Below are positions 19,461-29,958 of a DNA stretch of 64,000 bases, one piece after another. Under the pieces are notes generated by a model. The model saw only the letters and a program-made list of their open reading frames with translations. It made no database searches and was not told the origin of the DNA. Location of the stretch: NCBI GenBank assembly GCA_021300535.1, contig JAJTED010000019.1, positions 6,367 to 70,366 of the forward strand, read 5' to 3'. Within the stretch, counting starts at the first letter, position 1; each line of letters opens with the position of its first letter. This DNA comes from Planctomycetaceae bacterium (lineage in GTDB: Bacteria; Planctomycetota; Planctomycetia; Pirellulales; UBA1268). Made by a program: the position numbers and the translations under genes.

Positions 19461-20251
19461 ATGCGTCTCTTCCCTTCCGACCGCTATCCGCTGCCGCTGC
19501 CGGAGGGGCACCGCTTCCCGGCGGCGAAGTATCGCCTTCTGCGCAAGCGGCTCGAGGCCCACGCGGCCGCCGGGGCGGCGTTCGAGTTCGTGGAGCCGCA
19601 CGCGGCCACCGACGACGAGCTGCTCCGCGTGCACGACCGGGCATACGTGGGCCGCGTGCTCTCCGGAACCCTCGCGGCCGCGGAAGTCCGCCGCATCGGC
19701 TTTCCCTGGAGCCGGCAGCTCGTGGAGCGGTCGCTGCGCAGCACGGGGGCGGCGGTCGATGCGGCCGCGGCGGCGCTCGAGGACGGCGTCGCCGCCAGCC
19801 TCGCCGGCGGCACGCATCACGCCGGCATCGCCTTCGGCGAGGGCTACTGCGTGTTCAACGACACGGCCGTGGCCGCCCGGGAGATGCAGGCCCGCGGCGC
19901 GGTGCGGCGGGTGCTGATCCTCGACTGCGACGTGCACCAGGGCAACGGCACGGCGGAGATCTTCGCCGCCGACGAGAGCGTGTTCACGATGTCGATCCAC
20001 GGGGAGCGGAACTTTCCCCTGCGGAAACATCCCGGCAGCCTCGACGTGCCGCTCGTCGACGGCACCGGCGACGAGGAGTATCTGCGGGCGCTCGCTCCCG
20101 CGGTCGCGGAGTCATTCGCCCGGGCCCGGGCGGACCTCGTGCTCTACATCGCCGGCGCCGATCCCTACGTCGGCGACCGGCTCGGGACCTCGAAGCGATC
20201 GTGGACATCCACGCCACGACGATGCTCCTGGCGGCGGGCGCACTGGGCTGA
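19461..20251 (+). pseudogene. histone deacetylase/acetoin-utilisation family protein, frame-broken and lacking about 40 conserved codons
   Basis: Frame 0 is intact up to GGTHHA, DCDVHQGNG and GADPYVGDRLG (about 20185). The expected C-terminal end (R)DLEAIVDIHATTMLLAAGALG* is in another frame, with its stop at 20249-20251. The GGGY block is absent. Confidence 0.7.
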
Positions 20252-20547
20252 CATCGACGTCGAGGGAGCAGCTGAGCCGCCGGCGTCCCAGTTCGTCGTT
20301 CGGCGTTGCCAACGCGTCGCGGTTATCCCGCTGCCGTTGGGACGTGAGCCCGCCGCGGCGGCCGCGGTGGTCGATCCCCTGCGTGGGAATCAGCCCGATG
20401 GTATGCGGCCGCGCGGCGGTCAGATCTCCGCGAGCCGTTCCGTCGAGTCGCCGCAGGAGTCGAGCCGGACGCGACGAGTGGTCGTTCCGCGGATACCGGC
20501 CGAACCGCCACATGGTAGACTCCGGCACCCTTTCGGAGATCATTCCC

Positions 20548-21220
20548 ATGCCGCGATCGCTTCGTCGATATGCCCGGTTCTGCTGTCTGCTGCTCGCACT
20601 GACGACCGCCCGTGCGGCCGAGACCACGCCCAAGGCGGAGATTCCCGCCCCCGGGGCCGATGGCTGGATCAGCCTGTTCAACGGCAAGGATCTGACCGGC
20701 TGGGAGGGGCTGCCCGGCTACTGGACCGTGACCGACGGGGCCATCCAGTGCGCGGAGACCAAGGAAAACTCCAAGCAGACGAACCTCATCCTCCTCTGCT
20801 CCAAAGACAACCCGGAGAAGTTCGCCAACTTCGAAATCCGCTACCGACAACGACGCCGGCAACAAGCACACGGGCATCATCTACGACGAGGGCGGCGTGG
20901 CCGGCGGGCGGGGGATCATGAGCAAGGTGGGCTTTCGGACCACCTGGAACGCCGATAAACAACGGAGCGAGGAACCGCTCGCCAAGAAGGACGCCGAGAT
21001 CAGGGCCGCGATTCGCCCGGTGGGCGAATGGAACGAGGCAGTGGTGGTGGCCGACGGCAGGCGGATCACCTACAGCATCAACGGCCAGGTCACGACGGAG
21101 ATGATCGACGACAGCCCGAAGGCCTGCAAGGACGGCGTCATTGGCCTGCAAATGCACGGCGGGTACACGATGACCCTGCAGTTCAAGGACATCGCGATCC
21201 GGTTCCTCGACCAGCCCTGA
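20548..21220 (+). pseudogene. DUF1080 (3-keto-disaccharide hydrolase-like) secreted protein with a 1-nt frame shift
   Basis: The N-terminal part has a signal peptide, GWISLFNGKDLTGW and NFEIRY (frame of 20548). The C-terminal part DNDAGNKHTGIIY...GEWNEAVVVADGRRITYSINGQ...IGLQMHGG...FKDIAIRFL is in the frame of ORF 20897..21220. The shift is at about 20845. Confidence 0.65.
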
Positions 21221-21249
21221 CACCCGCGGGCCGCCTTGTCGCCGAGCCT

Positions 21250-24200
21250 CTACAGCGACTGCAGGTAGCCGACGAGATCCGCGAACTCCCGCGGGCTCAA
21301 CTGGCGATGCTGCCCCTCGGGCATGAGCGATTTCTTCTGCACGACCCGCTCGTCCACATCCGCCTTCTTGACCCGCGTCTCGGCGTCGGGCATGACGATG
21401 CGGAGCGTGTCCTTCTCGTCCTTCACCAGGCCGCTGAAGACCCTGCCGTCCTGCATCGTGATCGTCTCGATCTCGAAACCGGTCTTGATGATCTTCGAGG
21501 GCTCCAGCACCGCCTCGATCAGGTAGTCGATCTTTTGGGTCTTGCCGATTCCGGCCAGCGGCGGCGCCCGCTCGGTGCCCTGCGAGCCGGCGGCATGGCA
21601 CTTCACGCAGCCGGTCCGCTCGAAGACCCGGCGGCCGAGGGCGTCGCCCGCCGGAGTCCGGGTGGCGGCCACCGCGGCCGCGGCGAAGGCCGCGTCGTGT
21701 GCCGTGACGGCCGCCGGATCGACCTGCGGCGCGAGCGGCTTGTCGATCTTCAAGGCCGCGGCCACCGCCGCCAGGTCGGCCTGCAGCTCCGGCAGCCGCT
21801 TGACCAGCGCGGCCGCCGAATCCTGGAGGGCTTTGGTCATCGTGGCGTTGCCGGCGAACTGCCGCCATGATCGCACGGCATCGGCCACGAGCAGCGGATC
21901 TCCCTCGGCCAGCAGCCGCGCCCAGTTGTCAGACTTTGGCTCCGCCTCGACCGCCATGAGCGTGGTCAGGTCCATGAGCCGAACGGATGGGTGACGTTTG
22001 TCCTGCGGATCAGCGATCCGCTTCCAGAGCCCATCGGCCAGGGACGCGGCCTTCGTGCCGTGCAGTCTGGCGAGGCGGTGCGCCGCCTCGCGGACGCCGC
22101 CGTCTCTCTCGCCGAGCATCCGTCCGATCGTCTGCAAGGCGAACGGCGAGGGCCCGGCGGTCTCGAGCAGTTCGAGCAGGGTTATCGCGTCCCGCGGCGA
22201 CTTGATGACATTGATGACAATCTCACCAGCCTCGACGGCTTTGAGAAACCGCCGCACCGCCTCGCCATCAACCGCCTCGCCCTTCTTGTCCGTCATGGCA
22301 CGAAGCACGAGCAGCGCCCGGCCGGTGACCCCGACGGGGAGATCGTTCCGCCGCACCATGCCGCGCAGGCCTTCCAGTACCTCGGGCGATCCGTGCAGCT
22401 GTGCCAAATCCAGCAGCAGGTCCGTCTCGGTGGGGCCCGGATCCGCGATCGACCTTCCCAGCACGGCTCGTGCGGCCGGTGACCCCCGATCGATCGCGAC
22501 CAGCCCCGACAGCCGCAGGTTCGGATCGCTGTCGCGAACGAGGCTCGTCAGCGTGGCTTCGTCGATCACCGGCGCCAGGATCGACGCCGCCTCGTATCGC
22601 AGGTGAACGTCAGCCGCCGCGCCGGCCTTGAGGGCCGCGAGGGCGGCAGCGCACCGTTCCTCCGGCCGCACGCGGGCCCGGGCCGCGGCGACCCGCACGG
22701 CCGGATCGGAGTCACCGGCGAGCTGCGCGGCCACCGCATCGGCCTTCTCGACGCCATACCGTCGGAGGAGGTTGATCGCCAGCCGCCGCACCCGCCAATC
22801 GCCGTGCTTGACTCCGCTCTCGATGGCGGCCAAAGACTCGGGCGTGGCGATCTGGACGAGCGCCCACAGGGCGTTCGCCGCTCCGAGTGAGTCCGCCGTG
22901 CCGGCCGCATGGGCCGCCAAGGCGGGAATGGCGTCGTTCGCCTGCGCCACGAGCGTCCGCGTCGCCTGCTGCCGGACCAGATGATCGGGCGAGCCGAGAG
23001 CCGACACGGCATAGGCCCGGCCCTTCACGGCATCCTTCCATTCCGGGGCATCGAGCCGATGCTGCACGACCGGCTTGTCGCCGCCCGTATACCGCACCCG
23101 CCAGACCCGACCGGTGAGGTCGCTTTCGTCGTCTCGGCCGTACCAGTCGGCCACCAGCAGGCTGCCATCGCGGTCGCAGAGCACGTGGCTACAGCGGAAG
23201 TGCGGGTCGCGGCAGACGATGAACTCCTCCTGAGCAGCGATGTCGTTGCGGGCATCGGGCACGAAGCGAAAGATCGTCCGATTGACGCCGTTGAACCCGT
23301 GGCCGCCCCAGTTGTCCACCAGCAGGCTGCCCTGATACGCCGCGGGGAAGTTGGCCCCGTAGTACCGCATCAGCTGGGTGCAGGCCCCGCGGGGAAGTTC
23401 GGTGCACGGTGCGGCGAGCGGGTGCCGGCCGGCGAGCCAGTCGTTGCCGACGCTGCGGGTCTGGAAACCGTAGTCGACGCCCTCGATGACGCGGATGAAC
23501 CGGTTCGGGTTGCCCTCGCCGTTGGACAACTGCCAGTGCTGGCCGAACGGGTCGTACTCGAACCCGTAGGGCACCCGCAGCCCGCTGACGAGCCGCTCCA
23601 TCCTCGAACCGTCCGGCCTCATCCGCATCACGATGCCGTCCCTGCCGAGCCCGGAGATCCGCTCGGCGTCGTCGGCCGTCCGCCGGATGTCGATCGCGTG
23701 ATCGCCCACGCTCATGTACAGGTCGCCCTCCGGGCCCCATTCCAGCACGAACATGCCGAACGGGTTCCAGGCCTTGTTCTTGTCGACGGCGATGGTCTGC
23801 CGGTTGACGCCGATCGGCTGATTGGCGGGTGCGCGAAGGAACGCGGCCACGTCCTTCGCGGCGGCCTCGTCCGCGGCGGCCGCCGGTGGAGCGGCCGCCG
23901 CCGCCGCGGCCGCCAATCCGGAATCGTCGATGTCGAACCGATAGAGAAAATTGTTCGCCGTGGCCCACAGCTGATTGCCGCGGATCGCCATGCCCATCAC
24001 CGGGTCGTCGAAGCCGTCGGCCACGAGGACGCGGCGGAAGCCCTTGCCGTCCGGCAGCGGATCCAGCCGCACGATCGGGTTCGCTGCCGACCCCGCCAGG
24101 GGCGTGCCCTTGTCGCCGTAGCGATAGGTGTGGCTTTCGGAGACGTAGAGCCGGCCCTGCTCGTCGAGGGCGATGCACACCGGATTGATGATCGTGGGCT

Positions 24201-24396
24201 CGCTGACGACGAGTTCGATCGTGAACCCTTCGGGCACGGCGAAGTGCCCGATCTGCTCGTGCGCGGGAATGTAGCGGCCGATCTTCTTCGGGGGTGCCGC
24301 CGGTGCGGAGGGTGTTTCGGCCCGAGCCGGCCGCGGTCCACAGCAGACGCCGCACACCGCCACGAGGGCCAACAGACGGACGGGAACACCACGCAT
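21250..24396 (-). CDS. PVC-type heme-binding protein (membrane-bound dehydrogenase-like domain, HEAT repeats and a C-terminal cytochrome c domain)
   Basis: Signal peptide, an N-terminal propeller-like region (FTIELVVSEP...NPVCIALDEQGRLYV), central HEAT repeats, and a C-terminal CVKCH heme motif with the LEPS..I tail typical of the Planctomycete/Verrucomicrobial family. Confidence 0.75.
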   Translation of the reverse strand: MRGVPVRLLALVAVCGVCCGPRPARAETPSAPAAPPKKIGRYIPAHEQIGHFAVPEGFTIELVVSEPTIINPVCIALDEQGRLYVSESHTYRYGDKGTPLAGSAANPIVRLDPLPDGKGFRRVLVADGFDDPVMGMAIRGNQLWATANNFLYRFDIDDSGLAAAAAAAAPPAAAADEAAAKDVAAFLRAPANQPIGVNRQTIAVDKNKAWNPFGMFVLEWGPEGDLYMSVGDHAIDIRRTADDAERISGLGRDGIVMRMRPDGSRMERLVSGLRVPYGFEYDPFGQHWQLSNGEGNPNRFIRVIEGVDYGFQTRSVGNDWLAGRHPLAAPCTELPRGACTQLMRYYGANFPAAYQGSLLVDNWGGHGFNGVNRTIFRFVPDARNDIAAQEEFIVCRDPHFRCSHVLCDRDGSLLVADWYGRDDESDLTGRVWRVRYTGGDKPVVQHRLDAPEWKDAVKGRAYAVSALGSPDHLVRQQATRTLVAQANDAIPALAAHAAGTADSLGAANALWALVQIATPESLAAIESGVKHGDWRVRRLAINLLRRYGVEKADAVAAQLAGDSDPAVRVAAARARVRPEERCAAALAALKAGAAADVHLRYEAASILAPVIDEATLTSLVRDSDPNLRLSGLVAIDRGSPAARAVLGRSIADPGPTETDLLLDLAQLHGSPEVLEGLRGMVRRNDLPVGVTGRALLVLRAMTDKKGEAVDGEAVRRFLKAVEAGEIVINVIKSPRDAITLLELLETAGPSPFALQTIGRMLGERDGGVREAAHRLARLHGTKAASLADGLWKRIADPQDKRHPSVRLMDLTTLMAVEAEPKSDNWARLLAEGDPLLVADAVRSWRQFAGNATMTKALQDSAAALVKRLPELQADLAAVAAALKIDKPLAPQVDPAAVTAHDAAFAAAAVAATRTPAGDALGRRVFERTGCVKCHAAGSQGTERAPPLAGIGKTQKIDYLIEAVLEPSKIIKTGFEIETITMQDGRVFSGLVKDEKDTLRIVMPDAETRVKKADVDERVVQKKSLMPEGQHRQLSPREFADLVGYLQSL

Positions 24397-24578
24397 GGCG
24401 AACTCCTTCTTGGGGAAAGGGCGGCGGACGCCCTCGAGAATGCTATAAGAAGATTACCCCGGCCCGGCGACCGTCGCCACCCCGGCCGGGCGTGTCGCGC
24501 GCGTGAAACCGGCGGACTGTCCAGGTCCGCCACCCCGGCCGGCTCGACGCCGAGCTCATCCGCGACGTCTCCCTGATC

Positions 24579-26402
24579 GTGAAGCGGTTGGGTATCGTGT
24601 CAGCGGCGTCGGATCCACTCGGTTTTTCCTCCGGGAGTCGTGGCGTGCGGTATGCGGCTGAGTGCGTGACGTGGCTCGCCATGCTGATGGCGGGTATCGG
24701 TGTGTCGGCGGCGGTCGAGCCGGCCGATGCGATCTATGGCGGCGGCACGATCCTCACGATGGCGGGGCCCGAACCCGCGCAGGTGGAAAGCCTCGCCGTG
24801 AAGGACGGCCGGATCGTGTTCGTGGGGCCGGCGGCCGAGGCGGCGACGTTCGCCGGGCCGAACACGCGCCGCATCGACCTCGCCGGCAAGACCCTGCTGC
24901 CCGGCTTCATCGACACCCACGGCCACTTCGTCTATTTCGGCAAGAATCTCGTCGACGCCAATCTCTTCGGCTCCGCGACCGTCGCCGAGGTGCTCGAGCG
25001 GATGCGGAAGCAGGTGGAACGCACGCCGGCCGACGGCTGGATCGTCGGGTTTGGCTACCAGGCGCGGCAGCTGGCGGAGGGCCGCCCGCCCACGGCCGAG
25101 GAGCTCGACCGCGTGTCGGCCGATCGGCCGGTGCTGATCGTCGATTCGTCCGGCCACCTCGGGTCGGCTAACGCCGCCGCCTTCCGCGCCGCGGGGATCT
25201 CCGCCGCCACGCCCGATCCCACCGGCGGGAAGTTCGCCCGTGGCGACGACGGGAAGTCGCTCGCCGGGCCGATGGAGGAGACCGCCCTCAATGCCGTGCG
25301 GGCCAAGCGGCCGCCGTTCTCGGGCGAACTCGCCGACCGCGTGATCACCGGCGCCGCCGAGGTCTGGGCCAGCCACGGGCAGACGACCGCCATGGAGGCC
25401 GGCCTCGGTCTCGGCAACGACGACGTGGCGGTGGTGCTCAACGCCATCGACAAGCGGCTCCTCCCCATCGACCTCTACGTGGCCGCGAAGGACTCGGCCA
25501 TGGACGAGACGCTCGCGGCCGCCTACGGGGTGGCCTCGGCCTACAATCCGCAGGCGGCGGGCACCCTGGCCAAACTGCGGGCCGCGCGGCCCGATCTCGA
25601 CTCCCGGTACGTGAACCGCGTCCGCCTCGGCGGCATCAAGTTCTGGCTCGACGGCAGCCTCGACACCGCCTGGTTCACCGAGCCCTACACCGTCAACCCG
25701 CCGGGCAAGACGGGGGCCTTCGCCGGCTACCGCCAGATTCCCGACGCGGTGCTCGACGCCGCCTTCGACCGCTTCTGGGCCACCGGGCTGCAGATCCACA
25801 TGCACATGAACGGCGATGCCGCGGCCGACCAGGCGTTGGCCGCGATCGCCAAGGCGGTAAAGAAGCACGGCATGCACGACCACCGGCCGGTGTTCGTCCA
25901 CGCCTCGTGGGTGCGGCCCGACCAGGTCGAGAAGATCAAGGCCTGCGGCGCGATCCCGAGCTTCCTGCCCTCGGGCATCGTGCCCGGAGGCGACGCGGTG
26001 GTGCGGCTCTGGGGACCGGTGCGGTCGGCCGGCGCGATGGCTGCGCGGAGTTTCCTGCGGGCTGGGCTGCCCTTCACCTTCTCCCACGACGCCCCGGTGT
26101 CGCCGGTGCCGTCGATTCTCGCGCTCGTCGACGCCGGCGTGAACCGGATGTCGGGCAGCGGGCAGGTGATCGGTCCGGACGAGCGGATCACACCCTACCA
26201 GGCGCTGCGGGCCGTGACCGCCACGGCCGCCTACCAGCTCAAGGAGGAGAAGACGAAGGGCACGCTCGAGGCCGGCAAGCTCGCCGACCTGGTGATCCTC
26301 GAGAAGAACCCGCTCACGGTCGAGCCGACCACGATCAAGGACATCGCCGTGATGGAGACGATCAAGGAAGGGAAGACGGTCTGGCGGCGATCAGCACCGT
26401 GA
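24579..26402 (+). CDS. amidohydrolase family (Amidohydro_3-like) protein, secreted
   Basis: PGFIDTHGHF metal-binding HxH, a later HMHMNGD, and VFVHAS...SHDAPV. It has a signal-like N-terminus. The ORF start is GTG at 24579; ATG at 24681 is an alternative. Confidence 0.75.
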   Translation: MKRLGIVSAASDPLGFSSGSRGVRYAAECVTWLAMLMAGIGVSAAVEPADAIYGGGTILTMAGPEPAQVESLAVKDGRIVFVGPAAEAATFAGPNTRRIDLAGKTLLPGFIDTHGHFVYFGKNLVDANLFGSATVAEVLERMRKQVERTPADGWIVGFGYQARQLAEGRPPTAEELDRVSADRPVLIVDSSGHLGSANAAAFRAAGISAATPDPTGGKFARGDDGKSLAGPMEETALNAVRAKRPPFSGELADRVITGAAEVWASHGQTTAMEAGLGLGNDDVAVVLNAIDKRLLPIDLYVAAKDSAMDETLAAAYGVASAYNPQAAGTLAKLRAARPDLDSRYVNRVRLGGIKFWLDGSLDTAWFTEPYTVNPPGKTGAFAGYRQIPDAVLDAAFDRFWATGLQIHMHMNGDAAADQALAAIAKAVKKHGMHDHRPVFVHASWVRPDQVEKIKACGAIPSFLPSGIVPGGDAVVRLWGPVRSAGAMAARSFLRAGLPFTFSHDAPVSPVPSILALVDAGVNRMSGSGQVIGPDERITPYQALRAVTATAAYQLKEEKTKGTLEAGKLADLVILEKNPLTVEPTTIKDIAVMETIKEGKTVWRRSAP

Positions 26403-26548
26403 CGATCAACGAATGGTCGATGCTGGCAATCGTGATCACGATCTGCGGTGCGTTGGCCGGGCTACCGTGGTGGTCCGGCTCGGACGACGGCGCGGCGTGA
26501 GTCGGGCGTCCTGTTCCACGAGAAAGTGCTGAGCGAGTTCAAGCCGCC

Positions 26549-27610
26549 ATGCCAGAAGTGCCGTGCCGCCCGCGGATCTCGGTGGTCGTTTCCACGTACA
26601 ATTCGGCCGCGCTTCTGCATGCGTGTCTGCAGCAGATGCTGCGGCAGACAGCGATTGCGGAATGTGAGATCATCGTCATCGACAGCGGCTCGCAGCAGGA
26701 CGAGGCTGCCGTGTGCGCCGCGATGCGACCGGCGTTTCCCCGGCTGGTGTACGAGCGCACGCCGCGAGAGACGATCTACAAGGCATGGAATCGTGCCCTC
26801 GCCCTTGCCCAGGGCGAGTATTTCGTCAACGCGAACACGGACGACGCGCTCCATCCGAACGCGCTGGCGGTCTTGAGTCGCGGTCTCGACGAGCACGCTG
26901 AAGCGGCGATCGCCTACGGGGATTGGGTCTGGTCAGACGTGGCCAACGCACCCTTTCCGTGGCACGCGTCCTCCCGCCGCATCAAGCACACCCCCTATCA
27001 TCCGTCCCTGGCACTCATGTACTGCTACACCGGCTGCACGCAGTTCTGGCGAACGGCGAAGCTCCGTGAAATCGGGGGCTTCAATGCCGGACGGTGGGCG
27101 GCCGGAGATTACGAGGCCCTCGCAGCACTCGTGCGCCGGAGATGGGCGGCAGTGTATGTCCCTCTGGAGGTGTCGGCCTTTTACCAAAATCCGGCGGGGC
27201 TTTCGCTGTCGTCGAATCGCTCGATTCAGGAGTTTCATGAAATCCGGAACGCGCTCCGCCAGACGCTGGAAATCTCGGCGATTTTCGACGTCGATGAAGC
27301 CGATCACAGGAGCTGCGCGGCGGCGTGGATGGGGCTGGCGCACCGCGCGCTTCGGGTGTGCGCTCCGTGGGAATCACGTCCGGAACCAGACGATGACTAC
27401 GCACGATGGGCGGCACTGAAAGCCCTGGCACTCGACCCTTTCAATCCTTACGCGCAGCGGTTTGTGGACGCGCTGCGCCCGCGTGGGGGCAGCTTCAAGG
27501 AACGAATCCTGCGCAGCCTCCGGGGCACGCGCGCCGCGCGGGCATTGCCAGAGGCAGAGGTGCCGGAACCGGCCGCGAGGGTGCCTCCGCTGACCGCGCG
27601 ACCCGTATGA
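26549..27610 (+). CDS. glycosyltransferase family 2
   Basis: ISVVVSTYNSAALL, IIVIDSGS and NANTDD (DxD-like) motifs. Confidence 0.8.
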   Translation: MPEVPCRPRISVVVSTYNSAALLHACLQQMLRQTAIAECEIIVIDSGSQQDEAAVCAAMRPAFPRLVYERTPRETIYKAWNRALALAQGEYFVNANTDDALHPNALAVLSRGLDEHAEAAIAYGDWVWSDVANAPFPWHASSRRIKHTPYHPSLALMYCYTGCTQFWRTAKLREIGGFNAGRWAAGDYEALAALVRRRWAAVYVPLEVSAFYQNPAGLSLSSNRSIQEFHEIRNALRQTLEISAIFDVDEADHRSCAAAWMGLAHRALRVCAPWESRPEPDDDYARWAALKALALDPFNPYAQRFVDALRPRGGSFKERILRSLRGTRAARALPEAEVPEPAARVPPLTARPV

Positions 27611-27690
27611 GCCGCAGCGTTCCCCGATCCGGCGGTCTTGCATGCCACGACCGTTGAATCCGGGCAGGATGCCCAGAGAGGCACGGGCGA

Positions 27691-29091
27691 TCAGAGCCGT
27701 CCCAGCAACCCGAGCAGGAATCGGCGGGCGCCGGCAAACCATGTCCGCGCGGTGGCGAGTTCCAGCATGGCTGGAGTGAGGCCAGCCATCGGCAGGGGAG
27801 TGACGCTCGCGGTGCCGCGTGCGGCGGTTGCGGAGCTTCCCGAGAGCAGGTCCTCGAAGAGAGCCAGATAGCGCTGCGCCTGGAACGTTTCGGCGAAGCG
27901 GTCTTGTGCCCGCCGCCGGGCCGCCAGAGCATACGGTTGCAGTTGCCCGGGCTTGTTGACGAGATCGACGAGGATGTCGGCTGCCGCATTCGAGTCATCG
28001 CGATCCACGAGCCATCCCTCGTGGCCGTGATCGATCATTTCCGGCACGCCCCCGACACGCGTGGCAAGCACGGGCACCCCGCACGCGATCGCCTCCATGA
28101 CCGTCAGGGGCAGGTTGTCCTCGCGGGTCATCGTCAGGAAAACGTCCGCGGCATTCAGGATCGAGATCACGCCTGCTTCATTCTGCGGGCCCAGATGGTG
28201 GCAGGGGATTCCTGCGACGGGCGGTGCCCCCTGTCCGAATGTGACGACGAAGGGCTGCGGCCCGGGGTGTCCGGCGTTTCGCAGCCGCGCCGCGAGCGAT
28301 TCCAGGGCTCCTCGCGCGGGGGCGAAGCCCTTGCGGCTCTCATCGAGCGAGACGCTGCCAAACGCGATGCCGAGGCCATCAGCCGGGAGCGAGAACCGAG
28401 CCCGAAGCTCCGCCTTGTGGTGCCGGGGAGCGAAGTGAACGACATCGATGCCGTACGGAATCACATGGTGCTGATGGGACGATGCATGAAACAAACTGCT
28501 GCGACGGAGTTCCTCGCCCAGCCAGCGACTGGGCGTCACGAACGTCAGTCGCGCCTCGTGGAGTTGCGCGCGGGCTTCCTGCAAGAGCTGTGCGGCAATG
28601 TGGCGAACCGGCTTCGTGAGTTGGGGACAGCCTGCGCAGTCGGCGGCAAACGCCTCGCAGCCGGCGGTGTAGTGGCAGCCGCCGGTAAAAGCCCTCTGGT
28701 CGTGGAGTGTCCACACGACGGGTTTTCCCGTGTCGACGAGCCGCCGGATCATGGCCGGGTTGAGGAACCCCGTGACCCAATGAAGGTTGATGACGTCGGC
28801 AGCGACCACAGCCGGATGAGACGCCACGTCCCACGCCGGCCAGTCGAACGTGAAGATCGTGTTGGTCAGCGACGTGCGCGACTTGCGCAGGCTGCGGTGT
28901 ATCCGCCGGTGGAGCCGCTTCCCCGCCTGGTCAGTTGGCGGCGGTTCACCGAAATCGGTGTTTCGGGCGTCGGCCCGCTGGAGCGAGAGGATGTCCGCCG
29001 TCGCGCCGGCGGATCGGAGGCCATCGGCCAGGCGACGCATGGCCACCCCTGCGCCGCCGGTTTCGCTCGTGGCAATGCAGAGGATGTTCAT
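27691..29091 (-). CDS. glycosyltransferase family 4 (GT-B, Glycos_transf_1)
   Basis: N-terminal ILCIATSETGGAG and the C-terminal EDNLPLTVMEAIACGVPVLATRVGGVPE signature (EX7E region). Confidence 0.8.
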   Translation of the reverse strand: MNILCIATSETGGAGVAMRRLADGLRSAGATADILSLQRADARNTDFGEPPPTDQAGKRLHRRIHRSLRKSRTSLTNTIFTFDWPAWDVASHPAVVAADVINLHWVTGFLNPAMIRRLVDTGKPVVWTLHDQRAFTGGCHYTAGCEAFAADCAGCPQLTKPVRHIAAQLLQEARAQLHEARLTFVTPSRWLGEELRRSSLFHASSHQHHVIPYGIDVVHFAPRHHKAELRARFSLPADGLGIAFGSVSLDESRKGFAPARGALESLAARLRNAGHPGPQPFVVTFGQGAPPVAGIPCHHLGPQNEAGVISILNAADVFLTMTREDNLPLTVMEAIACGVPVLATRVGGVPEMIDHGHEGWLVDRDDSNAAADILVDLVNKPGQLQPYALAARRRAQDRFAETFQAQRYLALFEDLLSGSSATAARGTASVTPLPMAGLTPAMLELATARTWFAGARRFLLGLLGRL

Positions 29092-29939
29092 AGCGCTGCC
29101 GTGGGCGCCACCGCTTCCATGAAGAGGGAGTCAGGTTTGTGGACGGCCCCCTCGACATCGGCGTCCAGCTCATAGGCTGGAAAATCGGCGATGCGGGACT
29201 CGACGGCCGTCACGCGACGAGGCTCGCAAAAGCCGCTGGCCGCCAGGAGTTCACCGAGCGAAATGCGGTCATACATCCACTTGTGTCGTTCACCGCTCTT
29301 GGAAAAACGAACCGCCTTCCGGTCACTCGTGGGAGGGGCATGGAGAATCTCCGTCGGTCGCAGCGGCGGTTTTCCGGACGCTGCCTGCTGTGAACGGATG
29401 GCCTCGATCGCCGCCGTAGCCTGCACGCCGAGACGTGTGCGAATGAAGGCGTCGGCGGGCACGGGGTTGCAGGACCACCACCGTGCCATGGCCCCGCCGG
29501 GCCTGGTCCGCACGAGCTGGTCGAGGAGTTCGATGGTCATCCAGCGATGCCGCCAGCAGGCCTCGTCGTCGCCGCCGTCCAGGGCATCCACGGCAGCGAG
29601 GTACTCGCGCACGATGCCTTCCAGATCCGGCACGACCACGCGTGCGATTCCGCCCGGCCGCAGCACGCGCCGCACCTCGCCCAGCAGGTGTGTCGCCTCC
29701 CGGGGGGTGAGGTGCTCCAGCACATGCGAAGCGTAGACCGCGTCGAACTCCCGGTCCGGAAACGGGAGCGGCTTGCGGAGATCGACGTGCAACACGTCGT
29801 CCCCCGCAGGCGCCAGATCGGCGTTCGTCCAGGCGGGGTGCCGGCGGGCTCCGCAGCCGAGATTCAGGAGTTTCAGGCCGGCGGCGTTCGGCTTCGTCGC
29901 CTGGATCCTTCGCCGGCCCGGGAACGCAAAAGTGAGCAT
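29088..29939 (-). CDS. class I SAM-dependent methyltransferase
   Basis: LLNLGCG, then FDAVYASHVLEHL and LRPGGIARVVVP. There is a 4-nt ATGA overlap with the downstream GT4 gene. Confidence 0.75.
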   Translation of the reverse strand: MLTFAFPGRRRIQATKPNAAGLKLLNLGCGARRHPAWTNADLAPAGDDVLHVDLRKPLPFPDREFDAVYASHVLEHLTPREATHLLGEVRRVLRPGGIARVVVPDLEGIVREYLAAVDALDGGDDEACWRHRWMTIELLDQLVRTRPGGAMARWWSCNPVPADAFIRTRLGVQATAAIEAIRSQQAASGKPPLRPTEILHAPPTSDRKAVRFSKSGERHKWMYDRISLGELLAASGFCEPRRVTAVESRIADFPAYELDADVEGAVHKPDSLFMEAVAPTAAL

Positions 29940-29958
29940 TGGCGGCTGGGGCCTGCGT

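Noticed and set aside
19461-20921. 486-aa ORF suggesting an HDAC fused to a long C-terminal domain
   Set aside because: Beyond GDRLG (about residue 240) the frame has no family similarity and runs through the intergenic region and the start of the DUF1080 gene. The genuine HDAC C-terminal residues lie in another frame, ending at 20251.
26420-26500. 26-codon hydrophobic mini-ORF (MLAIVITICGALAGLPWWSGSDDGAA) between the amidohydrolase and GT2 genes
   Set aside because: It is too short to support from sequence alone and has no clear SD. It could be a real small membrane peptide, but there is no evidence beyond hydrophobicity.
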